The notes below the pieces were generated by a model that worked only from the letters and a program-made list of their open reading frames with translations, was not told where the DNA came from and made no database searches. Source: an uncultured Alphaproteobacteria bacterium (GTDB taxonomy: Bacteria > Pseudomonadota > Alphaproteobacteria > Sphingomonadales > Sphingomonadaceae). From it: a stretch of DNA of 64,000 nucleotides. Each line of letters opens with the position of its first letter. Within the stretch, counting starts at the first letter, position 1. A program made the translations under genes and the position numbers. The DNA is taken from assembly GCA_963802055.1 (NCBI GenBank), contig CAWDHC010000005.1:859168-923167 (forward strand), in the 5' to 3' direction. Shown one piece after another: positions 26,175 through 35,035 of this stretch.

Positions 26175-29100
26175 TTAAATTCCGCTTAAAAATGGCCGTG
26201 CGCCATCGCCGATGATTGCGAAGCCTGACCAATAATAGGGGTGCGATGTCGCCGCATCGTCCATCAAGCCAATTTGCGCCTTCTGCATAGCTTCAGCCAC
26301 AGACAGTCCGCGTGCTTGAAACAAGCCGGAAATAAGCTGCGCAGTCGCGTTATATTCATCAGGCGCAGGCCAATGGCTCGCAATCACACTGCGGCCGCCT
26401 GCGCCTATAAATGCCCGCACCAGGCCGTCCAGAGAAGTGCCGCCACCGCTGCCCAGTCCGGCTTCGCGGGTTGCAGCAGAGCTGGCCTGTCCGGCGGTAT
26501 CACAGGCGGATAGGATCACGACATCAGCATCCATTTTTAGGTCAAATATTTCCGAAAAGGATAGCAAGCCATCAGAATCAGCGCCGCCAATGGAGGTGAG
26601 CAACGATGGCCGCGCAGGGCAGCCGGCGCGCGGCGCGGTTACAAAGCCATGGGTCGCAAAATGCACGATGCGGAAATTGTTCAAATCAGCTTTTGACTTA
26701 ATGGCGGCATCGGTGAACTTTTCACCGGTCAGAACACTGGCTCCCCCAGACCCGACAAAATTTGCCGCGCTGTTGAGCTCGGCGGGGTCAATAGGCCGGT
26801 TCCAATTGGCCAATGGCCAGTTGCAATCGAGCGGATCGAAAGCGGATGCTTTGCTTTGGGCGGGTACCACTTGCGCAAATACGGGGGAGTTATTGCCATA
26901 GCCTAGATATTGCTTTTGTGCTGATGATTTGGGGGCAAGCCGTGCTTCGCGGAAACTGCGTGCAGAAATGGCCGTGCTCACCGCTGTTCTGCGGCCAAGC
27001 CACTCCACACCGCGAAAATCAAACTCGTCTGCCGAAGGATCCTGTATGCGGGCGGCATAGGCATCTGCACTTGCTTGGTCGGCAACAAGCAAGTTGACAG
27101 GAAGCTGGAGCATCGCGCCATCGGGTTCAAAAATAAGATGTTTTGTTTGAGAAAGCGGTCCGGAAACTGGACTAAATAGATCAAGATATAATTTGCGGGC
27201 GAGTGGGACATCAAAGGCGTAAGTGGTTGCCTGATCATTTTCCCATGTTGAAATTGTCTCGCGCAAATTGGCGACTTCGGTTGCAAGCTGTGACGCGGAA
27301 ATTGGCAAGGCGTAACCCGTTGCCATTTGAGCATCAACATACATGCCATATACGGCATCACCGGCGACCAGCATTTTGAAATAGGCTTCTCCCGGTTTCA
27401 AACTGCCGCGCAAATCGGCTAATGAAAGGGTCTTTTTTGATACTGCGCGAAATTGCGGATAGGCCGCCAACGCCACCAGAGTGTCGGTTTGTTGCTGGGC
27501 CAGAAGATTAAGATCATCTTGTTGAATAACAACCAACGGCGCGTCGCTTTTGTTAACCTGCGCCAATTTGGTGAGGCGGGCAAGTTCTATGCGGCCGCGT
27601 TCAATATCACGCGCCAATGTGACCGATTGACGAAACAGCCGCGCAGCATCGCCGTCTCCGGCGCTTAGCTCGCGCGATAATAACTCCACCGAGTCCGCCG
27701 CCCCGGGTCTCAACAGGGCTTGGGCGGCAAGGAACATATCATCCGCATAGGCCGAATTTTGCGGCATGCCCTCGCTGAGTAAATCGAAATAGGGCTTAAT
27801 CTGATTTCCTATGCCAGCAATACTGCTCTGGCTTGCCGTGGTGCTGGTGATGACTTTTTTGAACATATCCAGTGCCGCGACTTTTTCACCGCGCCGGGCG
27901 AGGAAAGAAGCATAACGCGCGCGAACGCTATTGACGGCATTGGTTTCCGGATAGGTTGTTTCCAGCATCTCAAGCGCCGATTGCATGAGCCCGCGTGCGG
28001 ATGCAAAATCTCCGTTCGTTTCATCGGCCAGGGCCATTTCCGTCATGATCTGCGCACGCAACCGGGCGATGGAGGTGACGCGGCCATCGCGAATGGCAAT
28101 CGCATCGCGCAAAGCTTGCTCCATATAGCGCCGCGCCGCCTTGCTATCCCCCTGCAGGCGAAACAGGGTTCCGCGCAATTGTGTCGCCTGCGCATCGATA
28201 ATCGCCGCCCGCTCATCTGCGGTCAGCTTGGTTTCCTGCTTGACGCCAAGATTAGACGCGGCCGGGCTGCTGGCGTTAAATTCCGCAGCCACTTGTTCGC
28301 CGATTTCGGCGCCCTGTCCATTGTCTATACTGGCTTGATCGACGAGACCGACGGGGCGTTCCAATATCGCAAGCGCCGGGCCCAAATCTCCTTTATTCAT
28401 CAAATGCATTGCTTCAAAATTGCGCCGCAAACGAAGCTGCACGCGGTCCGTCACGGGGATTTTCGACGCCTCCGCAAACAACGCCTCTGCCTGATCGAAT
28501 TCGCCAAGATTAGACAATTGTAATGCGCGGTTGATGACATATTCATGCAAGCGCTGCTGCCGTTGGACCGCTGTTTCATCCGAAGCGCTCATTTGCTTGT
28601 CAGCTGTTTGATGCTGTAATGTATCAAATTGATGCTGTAATGTATCAAAAAACTGTGCGGCTTCGGTATAATTCCCGCTGTTGTTGCGCCGATATCCCTC
28701 GGCCAGCGCGGCTTGCGCATTTAGCGTTGCCGCCTGCGTCCGTGCAAAGGCGGCATCATCGCCGTTTCCGGTGGTCGCAATATCCAGTTTGCCCGGCAGC
28801 AACTTATCGGCAATCACCGTGCGAAGCCCAAGCTGCAATGCACTGTCATAAGCGCTGAGGCCTTGCGCAAAATAACTATTCTTGCCTGCTTGATGCCGAT
28901 AGATGACATAACCGCCGTCGCAAGTTTTTTTCGACACTTGGCTTAGGTCCGTAATGGCCGCTTCCACCCATTCACCGCAATTTGAAGAGCGCCCGCGCGC
29001 ACGGTTAAGGCGTTCGTCAAAAGACGATGTACCATCACGCAGAGCAAAAATTTGGCCGATGGGCTGCTCTGCGTCCCGGCACACCAGCGCCCATGAACGG

Positions 29101-29279
29101 TCAAACATTCCTTCAAAGGCAAGATCACTGGATTTGGCCTGCGCCTGACACAAGGCACCGCCGCCGCTACCAATGCGAAAACTATCCATCAAACTGGGCT
29201 GTGATGCCTGCGCAGATGCGCCCTGAGGGGCCAATAGCCCCCCGACAATGGCCAAGCACATTAAGGTTATATTTCGCAC
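26175..29279 (-). CDS. Exported TPR-like + CHAT (caspase/HetF-like) cysteine protease
   Basis: Signal peptide (MRNITLMCLAIVGGLLAPQGASA), helical repeats, IFEPDG..L, VHFATHG (catalytic His), VILSACDT (catalytic Cys), HPYYWSGF. Confidence 0.9.
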   Translation of the reverse strand: MRNITLMCLAIVGGLLAPQGASAQASQPSLMDSFRIGSGGGALCQAQAKSSDLAFEGMFDRSWALVCRDAEQPIGQIFALRDGTSSFDERLNRARGRSSNCGEWVEAAITDLSQVSKKTCDGGYVIYRHQAGKNSYFAQGLSAYDSALQLGLRTVIADKLLPGKLDIATTGNGDDAAFARTQAATLNAQAALAEGYRRNNSGNYTEAAQFFDTLQHQFDTLQHQTADKQMSASDETAVQRQQRLHEYVINRALQLSNLGEFDQAEALFAEASKIPVTDRVQLRLRRNFEAMHLMNKGDLGPALAILERPVGLVDQASIDNGQGAEIGEQVAAEFNASSPAASNLGVKQETKLTADERAAIIDAQATQLRGTLFRLQGDSKAARRYMEQALRDAIAIRDGRVTSIARLRAQIMTEMALADETNGDFASARGLMQSALEMLETTYPETNAVNSVRARYASFLARRGEKVAALDMFKKVITSTTASQSSIAGIGNQIKPYFDLLSEGMPQNSAYADDMFLAAQALLRPGAADSVELLSRELSAGDGDAARLFRQSVTLARDIERGRIELARLTKLAQVNKSDAPLVVIQQDDLNLLAQQQTDTLVALAAYPQFRAVSKKTLSLADLRGSLKPGEAYFKMLVAGDAVYGMYVDAQMATGYALPISASQLATEVANLRETISTWENDQATTYAFDVPLARKLYLDLFSPVSGPLSQTKHLIFEPDGAMLQLPVNLLVADQASADAYAARIQDPSADEFDFRGVEWLGRRTAVSTAISARSFREARLAPKSSAQKQYLGYGNNSPVFAQVVPAQSKASAFDPLDCNWPLANWNRPIDPAELNSAANFVGSGGASVLTGEKFTDAAIKSKADLNNFRIVHFATHGFVTAPRAGCPARPSLLTSIGGADSDGLLSFSEIFDLKMDADVVILSACDTAGQASSAATREAGLGSGGGTSLDGLVRAFIGAGGRSVIASHWPAPDEYNATAQLISGLFQARGLSVAEAMQKAQIGLMDDAATSHPYYWSGFAIIGDGARPFLSGI
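28608..28649. repeat. Perfect in-frame 21-bp tandem duplication (FDTLQHQ x2) in the CHAT gene
   Basis: ttgatgctgtaatgtatcaaa at 28608-28628 and 28629-28649. Confidence 0.9.
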
Positions 29280-29494
29280 GTAATCCCCCTCGTTACCACC
29301 ATAGTCATTAAAACTATTATGATGGCAAATGATTTAGTCGCGACCTGTTGTTCACCCATTATTTTTTGATTCGAGCAGACGGTACTCTAAAACAAAACTC
29401 CGGTTAAGCGTTCATTTCACAAGGGATGACTTGATTGTAGATAGGTTTTGGCCCAAATTTTTAAAATGTAATTCCGCCTAACCTTGGCTTTGAA

Positions 29495-29518
29495 CGCAAG
29501 ATACAGGACGTATTTGCG
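29495..29518 (+). promoter_or_regulatory. Possible Ada-box-like site (CGCAA-N14-TTGCG) upstream of ada
   Basis: CGCAAGAT...TTTGCG resembles the E. coli ada promoter (GCGCAAGAT...TTTGCG, from memory). Confidence 0.3.
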
Positions 29519-29541
29519 GGGAATCTGTTTAGGGTGCCTGT

Positions 29542-30591
29542 ATGACAAAAATTGATTCCGATACCGCATGGGCTGCTTTTCTGCGACGGGACCGCTCGTT
29601 TGACGGGCAGTTTGTCGGCGCGGTGAAAACGACATGGATTTATTGCAAGCCAAGCTGCCCGGTGCGCCACCCGCTGCAAAAGAACGTCGTGTTTTATGCG
29701 TCAAATGAGGAGGCCAAGGCGGCAGGGTTTCGCGCCTGTATGCGCTGCCGCCCTGATGATGTGGCACGAGACGAGATTGCGGTGGCGAAGGCGACGGCGT
29801 TGTTATCAGGCGACGATCCACCCGCTTTGGCGGCGCTCGCATCATCAGTGGGCTATGCACCGCACCATTTTCACCGGCTGTTCAAGCGGCATTTGGGGGT
29901 GACGCCAGCAGCCTATGCGCGCGGGCTTCGGGCCGAGCGGGCGGCCAAGGCACTTGCATCGGGCGGGCGCATCACCGATGCCATCTATGATGCAGGCTAT
30001 AATACGCCCAGCAGATTTTATGCCGATATGAAGGGAGCATTGGGCATGACACCGAACGCATGGAAAAATGGCGGCGCAGGGGCGGTCATCCGTTTTGCGG
30101 TGGTGGATACCTCGTTGGGGCGGATGCTGGTTGCGGCGACCGACAAGGGGATATGCCGTCTCTCCTTTGGTGAAGACGAAACCGCACTCAAACAGCGCTT
30201 TCCAGCTGCGACGATTGCGCCGGGCGGGGCGGCGATGGACGATTTGGTCACAGGTGCGATTGCGGCAGTGGAGCGGCCATATGCTATGCCAGATTTGCCG
30301 TTGGATGTGGCGGGGACCGAATTTCAACAAGCGATCTGGGCTGAGCTGCGCCGTATTCCGGTGGGCGAAACGCGCAGTTATGCCGATATTGCCGCTGCTA
30401 TTGGCAAGCCTAAAGCGGTTCGCGCGGCGGGAAGCGCGAATGGTGCGAACAATGTGGCCGTGCTCATTCCCTGCCACCGGGTGGTGCGCAGCGATGGCGC
30501 GCTGGGCGGCTATGCTTATGGTTTGGCAATTAAGCGGGAATTGTTGCGGCGCGAACAGATTGGCGTGCCCGCTGATGGCCAGTTGCTATAG
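29542..30591 (+). CDS. ada: Bifunctional Ada regulator / O6-methylguanine-DNA methyltransferase
   Basis: Zn motif CKPSC..CMRC, AraC HTH (YAPHHFHRLFKR), active site IPCHRVV. Confidence 0.93.
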   Translation: MTKIDSDTAWAAFLRRDRSFDGQFVGAVKTTWIYCKPSCPVRHPLQKNVVFYASNEEAKAAGFRACMRCRPDDVARDEIAVAKATALLSGDDPPALAALASSVGYAPHHFHRLFKRHLGVTPAAYARGLRAERAAKALASGGRITDAIYDAGYNTPSRFYADMKGALGMTPNAWKNGGAGAVIRFAVVDTSLGRMLVAATDKGICRLSFGEDETALKQRFPAATIAPGGAAMDDLVTGAIAAVERPYAMPDLPLDVAGTEFQQAIWAELRRIPVGETRSYADIAAAIGKPKAVRAAGSANGANNVAVLIPCHRVVRSDGALGGYAYGLAIKRELLRREQIGVPADGQLL

Positions 30592-30597
30592 AGTATC

Positions 30598-31551
30598 GTG
30601 AATATGATCGATAAGGGGGCAAGCAACATGGCATATACCAGCCGCGTTTCAGTGTTAAAGGCTGTCTGGGCGCATCCGTTATTTTTGCTGCTGGCGGGGC
30701 TTGGCGTTATCATCTGCTGCATTGCGCTGGCGGGCGCTGTGTTTCAGGTATTGGTTCCAGCACCAGTGCAAAGCGATGCGCTTAATCTGTCTTATTCATG
30801 CTTGGCGGCGGGGCTCAGCCTTTGGGGCTATTGGCTGTTCACGCGCATTGTGGAGGGAGCGCCTTTCGCAGATTTTGCCTTGGCGGGCAGCGGGCGGGAA
30901 TTTCTGTTCGGTGCGGGTATTGGCGGCGGTGTTATGGCCATTGTCGTCGGTATCATGGCGCTATTTGGCGGCTATGTCATAACGGGGCATAATGGCGCGG
31001 AAATTTTGGTGGGCGTGCTGTCGGTCGCAATTATCAGCGGAATCGTGGAAGAGATTTTGTTTCGCGGCATCATTTTTCGTTTCTGTGAGCAATGGCTGGG
31101 TAGCGCGGCGGCATTGTCGATCTCGGCTGTGTTATTTGGCGCGGCACATTTGAACAATCCCAACTCCAGCTGGCTGGCGGCGGCGGCTATTGCGATAGAA
31201 GCAGGCATTATGCTGGGCGCAATTTATATGCTCACACGGCGGCTATGGGCGGCCATTGGCCTGCACATGGCGTGGAACAGCGTGCAGGGCGGATTATTTG
31301 GAATTGCGGTATCGGGAACAGACGTGCCAGGCCTATTGATAAGCGAAACGCGCGGGAATGAGCTTCTGACCGGCGGGGCATTTGGTGCGGAGGCTTCTTT
31401 GCCCGCTATGGTTTTTTGCACGCTGGTTGGCGGATATTTCCTGTTCCGCGCATGGCAAAAAGGGCGATTTATAGGGGCCAGCTGGTACCGGCTCAAAACG
31501 GGGCAGGCCGTGCCCGTTGTTGAACCGGATATGGCATCGGATATTGGTTAA
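30598..31551 (+). CDS. CPBP (CAAX/Abi) family intramembrane metalloprotease
   Basis: Multiple TMs; EEILFRG, FGAAH, HMAWN motifs. Confidence 0.9.
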   Translation: MNMIDKGASNMAYTSRVSVLKAVWAHPLFLLLAGLGVIICCIALAGAVFQVLVPAPVQSDALNLSYSCLAAGLSLWGYWLFTRIVEGAPFADFALAGSGREFLFGAGIGGGVMAIVVGIMALFGGYVITGHNGAEILVGVLSVAIISGIVEEILFRGIIFRFCEQWLGSAAALSISAVLFGAAHLNNPNSSWLAAAAIAIEAGIMLGAIYMLTRRLWAAIGLHMAWNSVQGGLFGIAVSGTDVPGLLISETRGNELLTGGAFGAEASLPAMVFCTLVGGYFLFRAWQKGRFIGASWYRLKTGQAVPVVEPDMASDIG

Positions 31552-31819
31552 CCAGCGGCCGACAGTAAATGTTAAGCCTGCACCGATAAGGCCGGAACAG
31601 GGCCTGAGACGGCAGCGCAAATCTGAACTGTAGGGCCTGTAAACAATTGCTTGCGATCCTGTCTTGGAACGGGACACGTCAAATTTATTCGACATTTCAA
31701 GCTTAATACTAACAAGTTGTTCACCTTTTTTTGCGATTACACTTCTCAATCTGTGACCGAATACCGTCTGCCGTCTGCGGCGGGCGAGAATTTGGGGGCG
31801 GCATGAAAAGGAAGCAAAG

Positions 31820-32461
31820 ATGCGCAATTTGATGAAAAACAAAGCTGTTCTGGCACTCACCGCTGGTTCGATCGCTGTTGCGGGCTGCGCCGGAGGATTG
31901 GGCGGAAGCCAGCTTCCCCCCGCGCCTGCCACCGCTGCGCAGCAAGGGCCAAGCGATGAATATCTGATTGGTCCGGGCGATGCGCTCACCATATTTGTTT
32001 GGAGAAATCCGGAATTGGGCGCGAAGGTGCAAGTGCGCCCTGATGGCCGAATCACCACGCCGCTGATTACCGATATGCCCGCCGTTGGCAAAACGTCGAC
32101 GATGCTGGCGCAGGATATTAAGCTGCAGCTTTCGCAATATATTAACGACCCGATCGTTTCGGTGATCGTCAACAGCTTTGTTGGCGGTGTGCAGAATGTG
32201 AAGATTGTGGGGGCTACCGAAAAGCCTGCCTCGATCCCTTATAGTGCGAATATGACCGTGCTGGATGCGATGATTGCGGTCGGCGGCCTTTCAGAATTTG
32301 CGGCGGGCAACCGTGCCCGGCTGATCCGTTATAACCGCGCCACCGGGCGTCAGCAGGAATATGGTCTGCGGCTCGGTGATTTGCTCAAGCGCGGAGACAG
32401 CCGCGCCAATGTGCAATTGCAGCCCGGCGACCAGATAATCATCCCGGAAAGCTCGTTTTGA
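31820..32461 (+). CDS. XrtA/PEP-CTERM system polysaccharide export lipoprotein (Wza-like)
   Basis: Lipobox VAGC; YLIGPGD.L.I.VW, VRPDGRIT.PL, LQPGD.IIIPES. Confidence 0.9.
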   Translation: MRNLMKNKAVLALTAGSIAVAGCAGGLGGSQLPPAPATAAQQGPSDEYLIGPGDALTIFVWRNPELGAKVQVRPDGRITTPLITDMPAVGKTSTMLAQDIKLQLSQYINDPIVSVIVNSFVGGVQNVKIVGATEKPASIPYSANMTVLDAMIAVGGLSEFAAGNRARLIRYNRATGRQQEYGLRLGDLLKRGDSRANVQLQPGDQIIIPESSF

Positions 32462-32511
32462 CGCATGCTTGCCGACCAATCCTTGATTTATTCGAAAGCT
32501 AAGAAACCAAT

Positions 32512-34041
32512 ATGAACGGCTTATATGACGAAATTCGAATAGCAATTCACAGTGTCTGGAACAGGCGCTGGCTCGGACTTGCCATTGCTTGGGCGGTCTG
32601 TGTGCTAGGCTGGCTGGCCGTCGCGATGATCCCGAATAGCTATGAATCAGAAGCCCGAATCCAGGTGCAGATGCAGTCGATATTGTCTGACAAAGTCGGC
32701 ATTTCCACTGCCGATCAACGGCGCAATATTCAGCAGTTAGAACAGACGCTCACTTCTTCGGTTAATCTGGAAAAGGTCATACGCGGAACCGAACTGGGTC
32801 AAAATGCTGTTTCCGACCGCGAGCTGGCCGGGAAAATCGAGAGCTTGGGCAAAAAAATTAAGGTCAAGTCCGAGCAAGACAATTTCTTCACAATATCCGT
32901 AGCGCAGCACAGCCCCAAACTCGCACGCGATGTAGTTCAAAAGCTGATCGATGTGGCCGAGGAAGACAATATTGCGGGCGACCGAAAGGAAACCAGCCAG
33001 ACATTGCGGTTTTTGGATGCCCAAATTGCAGCCCGCCAGCTGGAACTGCAAGAGGCGGACACCAAGCGCGTCGAATATGAAACTAAGAATTTAGGCCTGT
33101 TGCCCGGCGTCGGTTCGGTATCGCAGCGGCTAGAAGCTTCCCGCGCCGAGTTGAGCCAGATCGATTTGCAGCTTATTCAGGCCCGCAGTGCACTTGCCGC
33201 ATTGAACGGTCAGTTGGCGGGAACACCGCGCACGCTGTCCACATCGTCCTATGGCGGCGGCTTCAGCAGTGCCAGCCCTTCGCAGGCTGCATTGAGCAGC
33301 GCATTGGCTGATTTGGGGGCGATGCGGGCACGCGGGTTAACCGATGCGCATCCTGATGTGATCGCCCAAAAGAATCAGATCGCCAATTTGCGGGCGCAAG
33401 CCCATGCCAATCCGGGTACGGCAGGAGGCGGCCCTAATAGTTCGCCGAATCCAGCATTTTCATCGCTTCAGAGCATGTTGGCGGAGCGCGGGGCGGCTGT
33501 CACTGCGCTGCAATCCCGCAAAGCTTCGCTCGGGGCGGATATGGCACAATTGGCGTCGAAGCAGACTGCTGAGCCGGGCGTTGCATCGGAAATGTCACGG
33601 ATCAACCGTGATTATGAAACGTTGAAAGCGCAATATGACAAGCTGGTAGCCGACCGCGACAATGTGCGCATGCGCGGGCAGGTCGAAAGCCAGACCGATG
33701 CTGTGCAGTTTAACGTCATTAACCGTCCGACGCTTTCCAGTGTTCCGGCGGCCCCCAACCGCCCATTATTGCTCGCTCTCGTGCTGTTTGCGGGATTGGG
33801 CGCAGGCGTGGGCGCGGCTTTTGCATTGGGCCATTTGCAAACAAGCTATCCCACTGCGGCAAAGCTGGAGCGGGCGAGCGGCCTGCCGGTTATAGGTTCC
33901 ATATCGCAAATGCTCACCGGGACGCAGCGCGACGAGCGCAAGCGGAAGCTGAAATTATTTTACGGCGGCGCGGCGGCTTTGGGCGGTGTTTTTGCATTGC
34001 TGCTGGTTGCCGAGTTTATCCAACGCAGCGTGACGACTTGA
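32512..34041 (+). CDS. XrtA system polysaccharide chain-length determinant (Wzz/Wzc N-terminal-like)
   Basis: Two TM anchors around a long coiled coil; HPDVI motif; P..PNRPLLL. Confidence 0.88.
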   Translation: MNGLYDEIRIAIHSVWNRRWLGLAIAWAVCVLGWLAVAMIPNSYESEARIQVQMQSILSDKVGISTADQRRNIQQLEQTLTSSVNLEKVIRGTELGQNAVSDRELAGKIESLGKKIKVKSEQDNFFTISVAQHSPKLARDVVQKLIDVAEEDNIAGDRKETSQTLRFLDAQIAARQLELQEADTKRVEYETKNLGLLPGVGSVSQRLEASRAELSQIDLQLIQARSALAALNGQLAGTPRTLSTSSYGGGFSSASPSQAALSSALADLGAMRARGLTDAHPDVIAQKNQIANLRAQAHANPGTAGGGPNSSPNPAFSSLQSMLAERGAAVTALQSRKASLGADMAQLASKQTAEPGVASEMSRINRDYETLKAQYDKLVADRDNVRMRGQVESQTDAVQFNVINRPTLSSVPAAPNRPLLLALVLFAGLGAGVGAAFALGHLQTSYPTAAKLERASGLPVIGSISQMLTGTQRDERKRKLKLFYGGAAALGGVFALLLVAEFIQRSVTT

Positions 34042-34054
34042 GAGGCGCAAGACA

Positions 34055-35035
34055 ATGAACAAACATAGCTCTATCAAATCTTCCGGCTCGCTTCTTGAGA
34101 GAGCCTCTGAGCTGTATGATTTCGGCGCCATAATGCGCAGCGGGGGTGCTGCTGTTGCGCCTGCCGCGCCGCCTGTAGCCCAGCCAAGCACTGAAGCTTC
34201 ATTTTCTGAAACTCCCCTTTCTGCCCCCCCTGTTCCTGCGCCATTGCAGGCAACCAAAGCAGAAGTTTTGGATCGCGCTGCCGCGCCCAAATCATCCAGT
34301 GGCCGATTTGCTAAGATTGACCGAGACTTGCTGCGGACGGGTAATTTTCTCAACCCAGATGCTCCTGTTTCCGGCCTGTCGGAAGAATTTCGGATCGTGA
34401 AGCGCCAGCTGCTATTGGCGGCGCGGGGCGGCAAGGGATATGAGCCGATCGAACATGGCGAACGTATATTGATATGTTCCGCCCATCCCAATGAAGGCAA
34501 AACATATTGCTCGATCAATCTGGCGCTTTCTATGGCCAGCGAGAAGGACAACCGCGTTCTTTTAGTGGACGCAGATTTTGCGAAGCCCAGTATCTTGTCA
34601 ACATTGGGCATAGCGCCGAGCCCAGGGCTGATGGATGCGTTGGCCGATAGCAATTGTGATGCCGAAAGCTTCGTCATTGAAACCGATATTGAAGGCCTTT
34701 CGGTGTTGCCTGCGGGCGCGCAAACCAATCAGGATACGGAATATCTCGCCGCATCACGGACCGCTCAGATTATCGATGATCTCACCCGTCATGATCCTTC
34801 GCGTATCATCATATTCGATTCTCCCCCAGCACTGGCGGCATCGCCAGCATCGGTTTTGGCGCTGCATGTTGGCCAGACCGTGATGGTGGTGAATGCCGAT
34901 TCCACAACGGACAGCGCCCTGCGCGATGCGCTTAGTCTGCTGAGCGGCTGTGAGCATATACAGCTGCTTCTTAACCGCGCAAAATTCTCTCCCACTGGCC
35001 GAAAATTCGGCAATTATTATGGATATGGAGCATGA
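34055..35035 (+). CDS. XrtA-associated BY-type tyrosine autokinase
   Basis: Walker A SAHPNEGKT, LLVDADF, IIIFDSPP, C-terminal Tyr cluster GNYYGYG. Confidence 0.88.
   Translation: MNKHSSIKSSGSLLERASELYDFGAIMRSGGAAVAPAAPPVAQPSTEASFSETPLSAPPVPAPLQATKAEVLDRAAAPKSSSGRFAKIDRDLLRTGNFLNPDAPVSGLSEEFRIVKRQLLLAARGGKGYEPIEHGERILICSAHPNEGKTYCSINLALSMASEKDNRVLLVDADFAKPSILSTLGIAPSPGLMDALADSNCDAESFVIETDIEGLSVLPAGAQTNQDTEYLAASRTAQIIDDLTRHDPSRIIIFDSPPALAASPASVLALHVGQTVMVVNADSTTDSALRDALSLLSGCEHIQLLLNRAKFSPTGRKFGNYYGYGA

Noticed and set aside
26175-29279. CHAT protein as Craspase (Csx29) or gasdermin-activating protease
   Set aside because: No cas or gasdermin-like gene nearby, and it has an export signal.
29404-29419. 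CtrA-like site TTAA-N7-TTTCA upstream of the CHAT operon
   Set aside because: The second half-site has two mismatches in an AT-rich region, so chance is likely.
31552-31819. Sigma54 promoter, riboswitch or sRNA upstream of the XrtA locus
   Set aside because: TGGAAC has no correctly spaced TTGC, and only short hairpins are present.
31333-32172. 279-aa minus-strand ORF and other long antisense or alternate-frame ORFs (e.g. 1069-1725, 8113-8832, 37317-37988, 49204-49869)
   Set aside because: Shadow ORFs of GC-rich genes with no recognisable motifs.
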